DNA of 64,000 bases from Lachnospiraceae bacterium UBA3641. GTDB lineage: Bacteria; Bacillota; Clostridia; Lachnospirales; Lachnospiraceae. Each line of letters begins with the position of its first letter. The stretch's first letter is position 1. A model generated the notes under the pieces. It searched no databases and was not told where the DNA came from. It was given only the letters and a program-made list of their open reading frames with translations. Location of the stretch: NCBI GenBank assembly GCA_002373875.1, contig DFKQ01000060.1, positions 12,993 to 76,992 on the forward strand. The letters are read 5' to 3'. Below are positions 34,882-44,629 of this stretch, one piece after another. A program made the translations under genes and the position numbers.

Positions 34882-34916
34882 TATAGTAAACGAAATTACT
34901 TATTTCGTTTACTATA
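34882..34916. promoter_or_regulatory. Perfect palindrome TATAGTAAACGAAAT-N5-ATTTCGTTTACTATA (candidate operator or terminator hairpin)
   Basis: The 15-bp arms are perfectly complementary. It overlaps the stop codon of 34912-36105 and sits just upstream of the -35 of the next promoter. Near-copy of 6894-6928. Confidence 0.4.
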
Positions 34917-36105
34917 GAAATGAACCGAGGAACCGTCCCCCGGTTTTAAGATCCTCCTGTTTTACTCCACAGATCAATATGAGAAAGATAAGCGAAAATG
35001 GCGGAACGATAATATAATTTTCCATAAATGCCGGCAGCATCATTGCAAATACGCCTGCCATCGCGCACTTGTTAAGGTGTGATGAACAACCGGCCTCATG
35101 GCACTCCAGAAAACGTTTTATCAAGAACACTATCGTTACCGCAAAAACAGCGACGCCATGAACTATAAGTATATCAAGGAGACCGTTATGAACTTCAAAC
35201 AGGCCGTTAAGCCAGTCAAGCCGCATCTCATAGGATGATCCGATACCCGTGACCGGTTGTTTCATAAATGCTCCCCAAAGCTCCGACCATATCTCCTCCC
35301 TTCCCGAGATTATATCCTTGTAAAAGATCCTTATACGGAATGTATCCTTCATATACCCCAGCCACACATAAAGGAGGCTGAACAGCACCGACCCTATTGT
35401 GGTAGCAAGAGTTACAAGAAGATAAAATATCTTACTCTTCCATATCTTTACCGGAATAAGCATAAGAAAGGCAAAAGCCAGCAATCCCAAGAGCGCGCAC
35501 CGGCTTCTGTACCAGGCGATGATGTTATAGCCCCAGGCAAAGAAAAAAAGCGTAACAAGGATAAGCCATCTTGCCCCCTGTTTACCCTTTACGTTACAGA
35601 GATGATCCCTCAGATACTCAAGGATATATATTGTGAAAAAGAATCCGCTGATAAGGATCAGGCCACCATAGTTGGTATTGTATCCCTTGAAATAGCCCTT
35701 GACATCCACGGTCCAGTAGATAAAGAAAAAGCCGATATAGCAGGCCGATATGATAAACCATTTCCTGCTCAAACGGATCTTGTTTGCCAGATAAAGGATA
35801 AGGAGAAAGTCAGCTGCCGTCAGAAAAGCGCCCTTACCGGATCCCAGCAGGAAAAGATTTATCAGGGCAACAGCATCCGCACCCGCCATAAGAAGAAAGG
35901 CAGGATCCTTTAGCATCTCCCTTATATCAACATAGCAAAAGAGTGCGATAAGAAGGCCTGCTGTTGCGATAAGCGTCCCATATGGAGCCACCGCCTGATA
36001 CCAGGTATAGAAATGCCATTCAAGTGTCGTAAGCACAAACACCGATACAAGTATCGCCGCATTCCCGGCCGCTGTTCTCCTGTCACTCTTCCTTGTTATT
36101 TCCAT
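34912..36105 (-). CDS. O-antigen-ligase/Wzy_C-family membrane protein
   Basis: 397 aa and multi-pass. The loop motif FYKDIISGREEIWSELWGAFMKQPVTGIGSSY is typical of Wzy_C proteins. Paralogue of 37629-38930. Confidence 0.7.
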   Translation of the reverse strand: MEITRKSDRRTAAGNAAILVSVFVLTTLEWHFYTWYQAVAPYGTLIATAGLLIALFCYVDIREMLKDPAFLLMAGADAVALINLFLLGSGKGAFLTAADFLLILYLANKIRLSRKWFIISACYIGFFFIYWTVDVKGYFKGYNTNYGGLILISGFFFTIYILEYLRDHLCNVKGKQGARWLILVTLFFFAWGYNIIAWYRSRCALLGLLAFAFLMLIPVKIWKSKIFYLLVTLATTIGSVLFSLLYVWLGYMKDTFRIRIFYKDIISGREEIWSELWGAFMKQPVTGIGSSYEMRLDWLNGLFEVHNGLLDILIVHGVAVFAVTIVFLIKRFLECHEAGCSSHLNKCAMAGVFAMMLPAFMENYIIVPPFSLIFLILICGVKQEDLKTGGRFLGSFL

Positions 36106-36172
36106 AGTTACCCTTGCTTCCGTTTATTTCCTGCCGGAAATGATCTGTCTTTCAAGCAATCTTTCGCTGTTT

Positions 36173-37642
36173 TCAGGCTTCCCCTAAAGAGGAAGGCTTT
36201 ATAAGCTTACCCAGGATGCTTATGAACATCCTGAAATATATTACCACAATAACGGCAAAAATGATCCCGCAGGCAATATAAACCGGCATTTGTGACGAAA
36301 AAAAGCCTTCGCCCGCGATCATTATCACTGCCTCAGCTACAAGCAGCAAATATGCTGCATGATCCACTGCAAGCTTTACATCAAGCTTAACATACCCTGC
36401 CACCTTTCGATAGGCCATAAAATACATTGTAAAATATGATACTGCTGTAGCAGCGGCAGCGCCCATTGCTCCAAAGGGAGGAATCAAGAGGATGTTTAAT
36501 GCAATGTTGATCCCCGCTCCTATCCCTGTTGCCCACCCCATGGCCCGGGAATCCTTATAGGCAAGACATATCGATCCCAGAAACCCGGTGAGGGCACCGA
36601 ACACGACCGATATGAGAAGAGGCGGTACATACTGCCAGGCGGAATAGAAATCCTTTTTGAACATGAATGCCGCTACAGGCTTTACAACCAGAATAAGAAA
36701 TGAACAGCCGATAACCATGAAGGAATTATATCCCTTATACATTTCGGTAAAAAACTCCCTGCTGTTATCCTCTCCGTAGCTTTTGGCCGCCGACATCTGA
36801 AAACTCTGGGCAAATATCCTCTGAAACACGGTCAGTATGGCGGGTATCTTATATGCCACCGAATACACTCCGTTTACGGCCACGCCCTTTATAAGTGATA
36901 CCAGATACCTGTCAGCCGCATTATTTATCCAGCTTCCTGTTGAATAAGCTATCATCGGAACTCCGTAGGCAACCAGTTCCCTTTCGAATTCCTTATCTAC
37001 GCCTGTGCCTTCCTCGCTTCGCCTAAGCCTTACAGCATCCGGCACAGTCCTTCTTCCGAGCAGGAGCATAAGTGCCGATGCAAGTATATAGGCAAGCATC
37101 TGCGATAGCAGATATCCGTTAAGCCCAAGCCTTAAAAAAAGAAGACATACGATATTGGAACCGATCAGGATAACCGTTGAAAACACACTTCCGCATACAA
37201 CTATCTTAACCTGTTCACATCCCTGAAAAAAAAGGATCAGGAATTCATAGGTGCAGTTGGAGAGAAAGAGGAAAATGAAGAGAAAAAGATACCATCTTAC
37301 CGGTTCCTTTTGAATAAAGGCACTTCCGGCCATACATGCAAGGGCAACGGCAGCGGAAGCGATCGCAACAAACTTAAGACCCGTAACAAAGATATCCCTT
37401 CTCTTATCACTCCTGTCGATACCATACCTCAGTGCAGCCTCCCCCATGTTAAGTGTCAGCGCCGGCACAAGGAGCAGAAGGGTTGTCTGCATAACATCCG
37501 CAATTCCGTAATCCGCCGTGGTAAGCACATTTGTATAAAAGGGTACAAGAAGGAAGACCAGTATCTTGGACACGAAATTACTGACAGTGAAAAGGGCAAG
37601 ATTACCCGCAAAATATTTATAGTTGGATTTAGTGCCCGACAT
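36173..37642 (-). CDS. wzx: Wzx-type flippase (MOP superfamily)
   Basis: 489 aa with about 14 TM helices. The N-terminus FAGNLALFTVSNFVSKILVFLLVPFYTNVLTTADYG parallels the flippase at 5417-6853. Confidence 0.85.
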   Translation of the reverse strand: MSGTKSNYKYFAGNLALFTVSNFVSKILVFLLVPFYTNVLTTADYGIADVMQTTLLLLVPALTLNMGEAALRYGIDRSDKRRDIFVTGLKFVAIASAAVALACMAGSAFIQKEPVRWYLFLFIFLFLSNCTYEFLILFFQGCEQVKIVVCGSVFSTVILIGSNIVCLLFLRLGLNGYLLSQMLAYILASALMLLLGRRTVPDAVRLRRSEEGTGVDKEFERELVAYGVPMIAYSTGSWINNAADRYLVSLIKGVAVNGVYSVAYKIPAILTVFQRIFAQSFQMSAAKSYGEDNSREFFTEMYKGYNSFMVIGCSFLILVVKPVAAFMFKKDFYSAWQYVPPLLISVVFGALTGFLGSICLAYKDSRAMGWATGIGAGINIALNILLIPPFGAMGAAAATAVSYFTMYFMAYRKVAGYVKLDVKLAVDHAAYLLLVAEAVIMIAGEGFFSSQMPVYIACGIIFAVIVVIYFRMFISILGKLIKPSSLGEA

Positions 37643-38930
37643 TTTTCACCTCATCCATCGTCCCTGACCCTTCTTCCTTTTGCGGCAGAGTCGCCGAATT
37701 GATCACGCACAAAAGAAATATAAGGTTCAGGGCATAATCAGCCCAGATCAGATCCACATCGAAGAAGGATTCAAAAAAGACTGCCATAACCGCGCACATG
37801 GCACACATGGCCACCCTGCTGTCACTGATCCTTTTATGAAAGCCCTGCATACGTTTGCAGACAAAATATACTATCCCCAAAAAAACTATAAGCCCGTGAA
37901 TCACGAGAAAGTTGTACATGGCATTATGAACATTCTTCTCAAAGAAGCTCTTAAGCTCGAAACCCGTCCCTATTCCCGTAAATATCATATAAGGTCTTTC
38001 CCTGTTTGCCAACAGGCCAAAGAGCTCCTTCCATATGGCTTCCCTGCCGGAAAACACCTCTTTATAGAAGAATGGAAGCTTGAAGTTGGCGCCCGTTGTT
38101 CCTATGAGGACATACAGTCCCACAAAGACAAGGGACCCAAATGTTGCCAAAAGACACATGGCCGCGTAAAAGCTCCTGTTTCTCCAAAGCTTTCCCGGAA
38201 CAATATACCAAAACAGCATAAACAGAACAAGCATTATAAAGGCTCCTCTTGCCCGGTGCCACAGGGACAACTGGAAACCCTTAAGAAGGATCATGACCAT
38301 AAAGAGTCCCACAAGAGGTCCCCTGTCTATGTACATTTCAAGAAGAATAAAGGCACACAGCAAAGTATAAATGGTAAAGGTGGCTGCCGTATTGGTATTG
38401 TATTTGTAGTTCTCAAAGGTGGTAAAGAGCCCGGGATATGCGATAAAGAGATAAAAAAGAAGAAATCCCATATATAAGCCCGCAAAAACCTTCAGCTGTC
38501 CCGGGTTAAGGTACATTTTATCGGACAGATACCATATAAGGATAAAATTGACGGGTACAAAGAAGGCTCCCTTACCGGAATTCACTATAAACAGATTTAT
38601 CCCCGCAGTCAGGATGATCACTCCAAGCAGATATATTTCCCGGCTTCCCCTGCTCTTTAAATCGGACAATATCTGTCGTAACCCTTTATCCTCTCCCGAA
38701 AGCATCACATTATTTACAAAAAGGATAATGAGCATAAAAAAATTAACAAGCCCCGCATACGGATAAACTACATTTATCGTATCGTAGAACCTGGGCACGG
38801 TGAATGTGAGCGCGTATATTATGAACATAACGAGCATTACAGAGAAGTTGATGACTTCCCTGCGTCTTACCCTTTTTCCGTCAGAAGATCCTGAAGCTTT
38901 CTCCATAATTCCACTGTTCTTTTTTCCCAC
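37629..38930 (-). CDS. O-antigen-ligase/Wzy_C-family membrane protein (second paralogue)
   Basis: 433 aa. FYKEVFSGREAIWKELFGLL...FTGIGTGF. The start is uncertain (an alternative ATG lies at 38906). It overlaps the upstream GT4 3' end. Confidence 0.7.
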   Translation of the reverse strand: MGKKNSGIMEKASGSSDGKRVRRREVINFSVMLVMFIIYALTFTVPRFYDTINVVYPYAGLVNFFMLIILFVNNVMLSGEDKGLRQILSDLKSRGSREIYLLGVIILTAGINLFIVNSGKGAFFVPVNFILIWYLSDKMYLNPGQLKVFAGLYMGFLLFYLFIAYPGLFTTFENYKYNTNTAATFTIYTLLCAFILLEMYIDRGPLVGLFMVMILLKGFQLSLWHRARGAFIMLVLFMLFWYIVPGKLWRNRSFYAAMCLLATFGSLVFVGLYVLIGTTGANFKLPFFYKEVFSGREAIWKELFGLLANRERPYMIFTGIGTGFELKSFFEKNVHNAMYNFLVIHGLIVFLGIVYFVCKRMQGFHKRISDSRVAMCAMCAVMAVFFESFFDVDLIWADYALNLIFLLCVINSATLPQKEEGSGTMDEVKNVGH

Positions 38931-39880
38931 GAAACAGACTCCTTATCAAAACTCAATGCAAGCCTTGCTGCATTACCTTTTTTTAACAGGGCTTCTATCT
39001 TAAGTGCTATTTCGGCATCGTCATACCAGTTGTCAATGATATCCTTATCCTCCAGCTTCCGAAATAACTCTATCGCACCTACCTCTTTGGACATAAGTAC
39101 ACTGCAGCCGTTCACCAGAGCCTCCATAGGTGCCAGACCGAAGGTTTCAAAGCATGAATTCTGTACAAATAATGACGCCTTTCTGTACAGAGCTACTGTT
39201 GTATCGGCATCAACCAGACCCAGATTTTCAACAAAGGGATAGGAGCCTATCACCTCATCATCCCTGCCCTTATCTCCGATCACAACAAGCTTAAGTCCGG
39301 TCCCCCCTGCCTTTCTGTTTATAAGATCAACAGCTGCGCATATATGTTTTATCTTTTTCCTTGGCATGCCCCCGCCGATGGTAAGGATCAGGTTTTTATC
39401 CCTGCCCGGCATATCCGCCTTAATATCCGTATTATCAAAAAGACTTGTATCAACTCCGTTTACTGCGGCAGAAATCTTGTCGGAATACTCAGGATAATTG
39501 GTTTTAAGCCATGATGCGAAGCGGCCCGAAACCGCGTATATTGCATCACTCATCTCCATGGTCCTTCTCTCAACAAGATTCATGGTCTCATCAACACGAT
39601 CATTTATCGCATTCTCATGTTCAACGCATCCATGCATAAGATAAGCACATGGTTTATTTAGCATCCTTGCCCATTTAAGGGTAAGGATATTCTGTCTCGA
39701 ATAACCTGATATCAGGACAACCCGGCAGAAAGGCATCTTGATGATTATCTCCATGGCCCTTAAGAGTTTACTGGTAGAAATAAGGCGGGCCGTGTTCCCG
39801 GGAAACCTTAGCAGATATTCTTTTGTAACATTGGCGGGTCCGGTCCCCGTCCTGTAATCGCCAACTACAAAAACCCTCAT
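38867..39880 (-). CDS. GT4-type (group 1) glycosyltransferase
   Basis: 337 aa. GT-B C-terminal domain (SLFVQNSCFETFGLAPMEALVNGCSVL). Confidence 0.8.
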   Translation of the reverse strand: MRVFVVGDYRTGTGPANVTKEYLLRFPGNTARLISTSKLLRAMEIIIKMPFCRVVLISGYSRQNILTLKWARMLNKPCAYLMHGCVEHENAINDRVDETMNLVERRTMEMSDAIYAVSGRFASWLKTNYPEYSDKISAAVNGVDTSLFDNTDIKADMPGRDKNLILTIGGGMPRKKIKHICAAVDLINRKAGGTGLKLVVIGDKGRDDEVIGSYPFVENLGLVDADTTVALYRKASLFVQNSCFETFGLAPMEALVNGCSVLMSKEVGAIELFRKLEDKDIIDNWYDDAEIALKIEALLKKGNAARLALSFDKESVSWEKRTVELWRKLQDLLTEKG

Positions 39881-40686
39881 TTCTTTCCCTTTTCTTCCCT
39901 CAGGAATTCCCTTCTTCCCTTAAACATATATGAAAGTGCCCCGGGTATATCAAGTCCGTCCTTTTTATATATGCCTCGCTTCCTGATGGCGAACTGCCAT
40001 ATAAGCACATAGGAAAAAAATCCGGACATTGCCCCGTAATTCGCGCCTCTTGAGATAAAGAAATCCTTATCATATCCCTTAAACCAGGTTGATTCTTCCT
40101 CCCTCAATTCCGCTATCATGACCGGTTCATAATATATCTTAAGGCCCCGCTTCAAACACTCATACAGGAAGATGTTTTCCTCACCGCAGATGTACCTTCC
40201 TGACCCCGCTCCGAAACGTTCATCAAACATAATGTCCTTTACCGATTCCCTCTTAAATGCTATCTCCGGAGAAAAAATCTTAAGGGCCGAAAGATAACCC
40301 ATTCTCCTCGGCCTTGGGTAATTGGGTACTGGCTTTTCTTTTCTCTTAATATAAAAAACTATGAGATCGGCGTCCGGATGCTTAGAAAAGCCTTCCTTTA
40401 TCCTTATCTCATAATCGGGAAGATACTCAACATCATTATCACACAGGATGCATACATCAGCATCCGCAGCGGCCTTAGCCATGTTCCTGCTTCTCGACAG
40501 TCCTCTCTCCCTTGTCTCAATGTAGGTTATCCGCTGGTCATTCCCAACGGCCGATATCCTTGTGTGTGTATCCTTTTTATCACGGTCACACTGGTTGATC
40601 ACCACCGCGTCACCGGTTATATTCAATGAGTCGACATAGGAATCATCCTCAAGGAACATTGCCGACAGCAATACCTGAAACGTCAT
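39877..40686 (-). CDS. GT-A-fold glycosyltransferase-like protein
   Basis: 269 aa. LSRSRNMAKAAADADVCILCDNDVEY (DxD context). The family assignment is tentative. Confidence 0.55.
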   Translation of the reverse strand: MTFQVLLSAMFLEDDSYVDSLNITGDAVVINQCDRDKKDTHTRISAVGNDQRITYIETRERGLSRSRNMAKAAADADVCILCDNDVEYLPDYEIRIKEGFSKHPDADLIVFYIKRKEKPVPNYPRPRRMGYLSALKIFSPEIAFKRESVKDIMFDERFGAGSGRYICGEENIFLYECLKRGLKIYYEPVMIAELREEESTWFKGYDKDFFISRGANYGAMSGFFSYVLIWQFAIRKRGIYKKDGLDIPGALSYMFKGRREFLREEKGKK

Positions 40687-40687
40687 A

Positions 40688-41467
40688 TTACATTCTCCGA
40701 AGAACCGCCCTTACCGCCCAGAATACAAAGCAGTACGCGCTGTAAATAACATTCAGCCCCTCAACATTTCTGTACAGGTTCCATATCCTCCTGATCGCGG
40801 TCATCTTGTTGGATGAAAGAGTGCCTGTTCCCCTCCTGTAAAGCGTCAGGGCCTCATCAAGTCCGTAAGCCCTTCCGGTCTTCTTAAGGATCTTCCACCA
40901 GGTTGCCGTATCCTCAGAAGGAACAAGAGGCATCATAAGGTCTTCTTTATCAAGCTTATCCATATCAAACATTACAGTACTTGTAAAGATGGTGGTATTC
41001 TTAAGCGCCTGTCTGTAGCTTATTGTCTTCGGTACCCGTACTATCTTCTGAACTCCGATGCCGCTCTCATCGGCAAATTCATAACCTGTAAAAGAAAATG
41101 CGGCATCATTCTCATCCATAAATGCAAGCTGTTTCTCAAGCTTATCCGGAGACCACAGATCATCCGCGTCAATATAGCAGATATACCTGCCCTGTGCCAT
41201 TTCCACTCCCCTGTTCCTGGCATGGGCCGCACCCTGATTCTTCTCTCCCTCGTCAATCAGGATGATCCTCTCGTCCGAGAGAGCCAATTTTTTAATTATT
41301 TCTGCCGAATCATCCACAGACCCGTCATCAACAAGCAGCAGTTCGAAGTCCTTATAAGTCTGACTCTTAACCGACAGGATCGTATCCTCGATCCATTTGC
41401 CGGCATTATATACCGGCACGATAACACTGACTAACCCCTTACTCATTGTTATTCCCCTTTTCATCAT
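40688..41467 (-). CDS. Family 2 glycosyltransferase
   Basis: 259 aa. VSVIVPVYNAGKWIEDTILSVKSQTYKDFELLLVDDGSVDDS..YIDADDLW. Confidence 0.9.
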   Translation of the reverse strand: MMKRGITMSKGLVSVIVPVYNAGKWIEDTILSVKSQTYKDFELLLVDDGSVDDSAEIIKKLALSDERIILIDEGEKNQGAAHARNRGVEMAQGRYICYIDADDLWSPDKLEKQLAFMDENDAAFSFTGYEFADESGIGVQKIVRVPKTISYRQALKNTTIFTSTVMFDMDKLDKEDLMMPLVPSEDTATWWKILKKTGRAYGLDEALTLYRRGTGTLSSNKMTAIRRIWNLYRNVEGLNVIYSAYCFVFWAVRAVLRRM

Positions 41468-42836
41468 TTGAACCTTCCGACACTTCGGTCGGGGGCAATA
41501 TACCTTCAGAGATACCTTCTGTACTCTCTAATGTAAATATGGTCTTAACGGTAAGTATGATCAGACGAAGATCAAGCCATACCGAGAAATTCTCTATATA
41601 AAACAGATCAAGCTTAAGCTTATCGTAAGGAAGCGTATTATACTTGCCGTAAACCTGGGCATAGCCCGTAATGCCGGCCTTAACCTTGGTCCTGTACTTA
41701 AACTCGGGCATAGCCTCGGTATATTTCTCTATGATCGCAGGCCGCTCGGGTCTTGGGCCCACGAAAGACATATCCCCCCTAAGCACGTTAAAGAGCTGGG
41801 GAAACTCATCAAACCTTATCTTTCTGATCACCCGGCCCACCGGAGTTATGCGATCGTCATTTTTCCTGGCGAGCCTTGCCACTCCGTCCTTCTCCGCATC
41901 TACTATCATGCTCCGGAACTTGATGATCTCAAATTCCCGATCACCCTGCGTAACCCTTACCTGTTTATAAAGCACCGGCCCCCTGTCATAAAGCTTTATG
42001 CACAGAGCCGTGATCAGCATAAAGGGTGAAAGGATGATTATAAGGGCAAGGGAAAAAAGTACATCAAAGACCCTCTTTATAAGTACCTGCTCATACTCTA
42101 TCGGGCTGCTCTTAGTAAGCATGAGGGGTGAGTCGAAAAAGTGCAGGGTCTTGGCTCCCCTTAACACTATGTCCATGATCTTAGGCATAACATAGGTTTC
42201 CTTGCTCTGCCCGTAGCAGTACTTATGGAGCCTGTTTCTTGCATCGGTATTTATGTCCCACAGCATTACGGCCTCATGCTCGTCAATCCTGCTGCACATA
42301 TAGTCAAAATCATCCGATACCCGGATCGTTTCCCTTATCTCAAACTGGTGACGCCTGGTGCGTACCTTCTCAACAAAAAGATCCTTATGGACACCGTCAT
42401 AGATAAGGAGAACATCAAGCGGCGGAAAGAGCCCCCTGTAAAATGTCGTTGCAAAAAAGATCCATGCTCCGATAAGGAGACACTGTATGAGCATTGCCGC
42501 TATAAGCGGCAGTGGCGTCGGGAAATGGTAGGCAAGCATACATACCATTGCGTAAAAGAGGATATTGGTTAAAAAAGTCGCTATTATCTGTGAAAAAAAG
42601 AGCTCAAGCATCCTGAAGGAGCCTATTTTAAGGCCTCCGTACATGGAAGAGGCAAAAAGCAGCACGCACAGATAAACAACTGAAATAAAAACATGACCCC
42701 AGAAATAGTAAGCCTTGGGGAGCTCGGTATTATAAAAAACCACCCATACGAAGCTTACCACCAGGGTTTCAAGGAGCACGATAAGGCATGCCATTATTAA
42801 GTTATATATACGCTTGCGCGCCTGGACCTTTTGCAA
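41439..42836 (-). CDS. Polyprenyl-phosphate glycosyl-1-phosphate transferase (WbaP/EpsE-type), second copy
   Basis: 465 aa. TM N-terminus plus IKFRSM..RFDEFPQLFNVLRGDMSFVGPRPE..AGITGYAQ. The ORF-track start is TTG, and the true start is uncertain. Confidence 0.9.
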   Translation of the reverse strand: MQKVQARKRIYNLIMACLIVLLETLVVSFVWVVFYNTELPKAYYFWGHVFISVVYLCVLLFASSMYGGLKIGSFRMLELFFSQIIATFLTNILFYAMVCMLAYHFPTPLPLIAAMLIQCLLIGAWIFFATTFYRGLFPPLDVLLIYDGVHKDLFVEKVRTRRHQFEIRETIRVSDDFDYMCSRIDEHEAVMLWDINTDARNRLHKYCYGQSKETYVMPKIMDIVLRGAKTLHFFDSPLMLTKSSPIEYEQVLIKRVFDVLFSLALIIILSPFMLITALCIKLYDRGPVLYKQVRVTQGDREFEIIKFRSMIVDAEKDGVARLARKNDDRITPVGRVIRKIRFDEFPQLFNVLRGDMSFVGPRPERPAIIEKYTEAMPEFKYRTKVKAGITGYAQVYGKYNTLPYDKLKLDLFYIENFSVWLDLRLIILTVKTIFTLESTEGISEGILPPTEVSEGSNDEKGNNNE

Positions 42837-42861
42837 TTATATACTCCGCTTGTTAAGATAT

Positions 42862-43755
42862 TCACATTTTCCCTGTGATCCTTAGCATAACCTCACCCGG
42901 AAACCCCAGCATCTTCTGCCATACGGGTATTCCGGCAGATTCCTTAAGCCGGTGGCCTGCCATTTTGGCATACAATCTGTAAAACCCAAGATATTTAAGC
43001 TTAAGCACTGACATCGGTGTTATCCTGGCCCTCTGTTCGTAATACAGGTACCAGGCTTCCTTGTTATTTTCCTTAAGTGAGCGGACCGAATCCGTGTATC
43101 CCTCAGACACAAGTTCACACACGGTCAGGATCACCGGCATCACAATATATTCATATACGGCATCTATTTTATCATAAATATAGTCTTCAGGCACATATTT
43201 TTCACCATCTATCTCGGGAAAGGGATATTGCCTTAAGACCCCTGTCCTGAAAACAAGTGTGGTCTCACCCTTGAAGCCCTTAAGATAAAGCCCGTAAAGG
43301 GTTGTCCTCTTCTTATTTCCGGAAAGATATTCCGCAGGGAATCCGACCCCGTTTAAAAGCTCCTTCTCACTCTTTCCCTTATAGGAAATGATACCGGCTG
43401 TTTTACCTTCTTCACCTTCACTGAGCTTGTTTTCCTCTATACAGTTAATTATACTTCTTACCGCACCTTCAGCCAGCCTGTCATCCGAATCAAGACATAA
43501 GAACCATTCTGTCTTACAGTATTCCACGCCCCTGTTATGAGCCCGCATCTTACCGCCGTTTTCAGTATAGTGGTACTCTATGGGAATTATCCCTTCATCT
43601 ATCCATACCCTGACGAGTTCTCCCGTTCCGTCACCTGATCCATCATCCACTATAAGCCAGCAGAAGTCATGACAGGTCTGTGACTTTAAGCTCTCATAGG
43701 CCCGCTTCAGAAGCTCTCTTCGGTTGTAGGTGGGTGTGAAGACTGTCAGTTTCAT
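42862..43755 (-). CDS. Family 2 glycosyltransferase
   Basis: 297 aa. LTVFTPTYNRRELLKRAYESLKSQTCHDFCWLIVDDGSGDGT..LDSDD. Confidence 0.85.
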   Translation of the reverse strand: MKLTVFTPTYNRRELLKRAYESLKSQTCHDFCWLIVDDGSGDGTGELVRVWIDEGIIPIEYHYTENGGKMRAHNRGVEYCKTEWFLCLDSDDRLAEGAVRSIINCIEENKLSEGEEGKTAGIISYKGKSEKELLNGVGFPAEYLSGNKKRTTLYGLYLKGFKGETTLVFRTGVLRQYPFPEIDGEKYVPEDYIYDKIDAVYEYIVMPVILTVCELVSEGYTDSVRSLKENNKEAWYLYYEQRARITPMSVLKLKYLGFYRLYAKMAGHRLKESAGIPVWQKMLGFPGEVMLRITGKM

Positions 43756-44621
43756 TAGTATACCACGCTGTAATCGACAAGTTCGAAATCGTAAGGCTCT
43801 TTTATACTGTATTTAAAAACTATATGGTTCTCCGTTTCTTGTACCTTCTTAAGACCTGCAATAAGTAAAAACGAAGTCCTCGGATTATTCCTGTTAAGAA
43901 CAACATACTCCGTCTTTGTTGCTTCAAGGGCATCAAGAAATGCTTCTTCCTCAACCGGCTGCATCTTAACCAGGGCTGCCAGAAGACGGTATTGCGGATG
44001 CATCTCATCATTCAGCATCTCATCCGTATAGGTATTTCCCGCGGCATAGAGATAATCCTCCCTGTCTATCGTAAGAAGTATCTTCGGATCGTACTGACGC
44101 ATCTGCATATTGTACTCATATTCAAGGAAAGCCTTGGGATATTCCGCATCGGAATCATCATGGATCACCTCGGATATCTTAATAAGTTCATCCGGCATTT
44201 TATAAATATTCGTTGCGAGCTTAAGTCCATCCGAATAGACATACTTACCGGATACAAGACATATACACAGGATAAGCAGCGATATCGTGACCCTGTCAGT
44301 CCCCTTTGCAGCAGACAGAATAAGCTTCGCAAACAGATAGGGAACAAGGAATATTACGGGAAGCAGCCAGAAGAACCTGTAATATTCGTTGTTAACATCG
44401 AAAAACTTATCCAGTATAACGGGAGCCACGGGATTATATACTGTCAGTATAAGAAATACCGAGCATGGTATGAATATCTCCTTCTCCCGCCTGCTGCCCC
44501 TTAAGCAGATATAAACAAGCGCGGCAGCATACAGGCACAGATAGGCGCACTCCCCCGTGTACAGCGACAGACACGCCCACAGATAACCTATTCCCTTTTC
44601 AAAAACATTTAATCCCTGCAT
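43755..44621 (-). CDS. Membrane protein of unknown function (about 4 TM helices plus an extracytoplasmic C-terminal domain)
   Basis: The start was moved from 44696 to the ATG at 44621 (AGGAG RBS 4 nt upstream). The first 25 codons of the ORF-track model lie inside a tandem intergenic repeat. The C-terminal domain resembles the soluble domain of 45939-47339. Confidence 0.55.
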   Translation of the reverse strand: MQGLNVFEKGIGYLWACLSLYTGECAYLCLYAAALVYICLRGSRREKEIFIPCSVFLILTVYNPVAPVILDKFFDVNNEYYRFFWLLPVIFLVPYLFAKLILSAAKGTDRVTISLLILCICLVSGKYVYSDGLKLATNIYKMPDELIKISEVIHDDSDAEYPKAFLEYEYNMQMRQYDPKILLTIDREDYLYAAGNTYTDEMLNDEMHPQYRLLAALVKMQPVEEEAFLDALEATKTEYVVLNRNNPRTSFLLIAGLKKVQETENHIVFKYSIKEPYDFELVDYSVVY

Positions 44622-44629
44622 ATTTCTCC

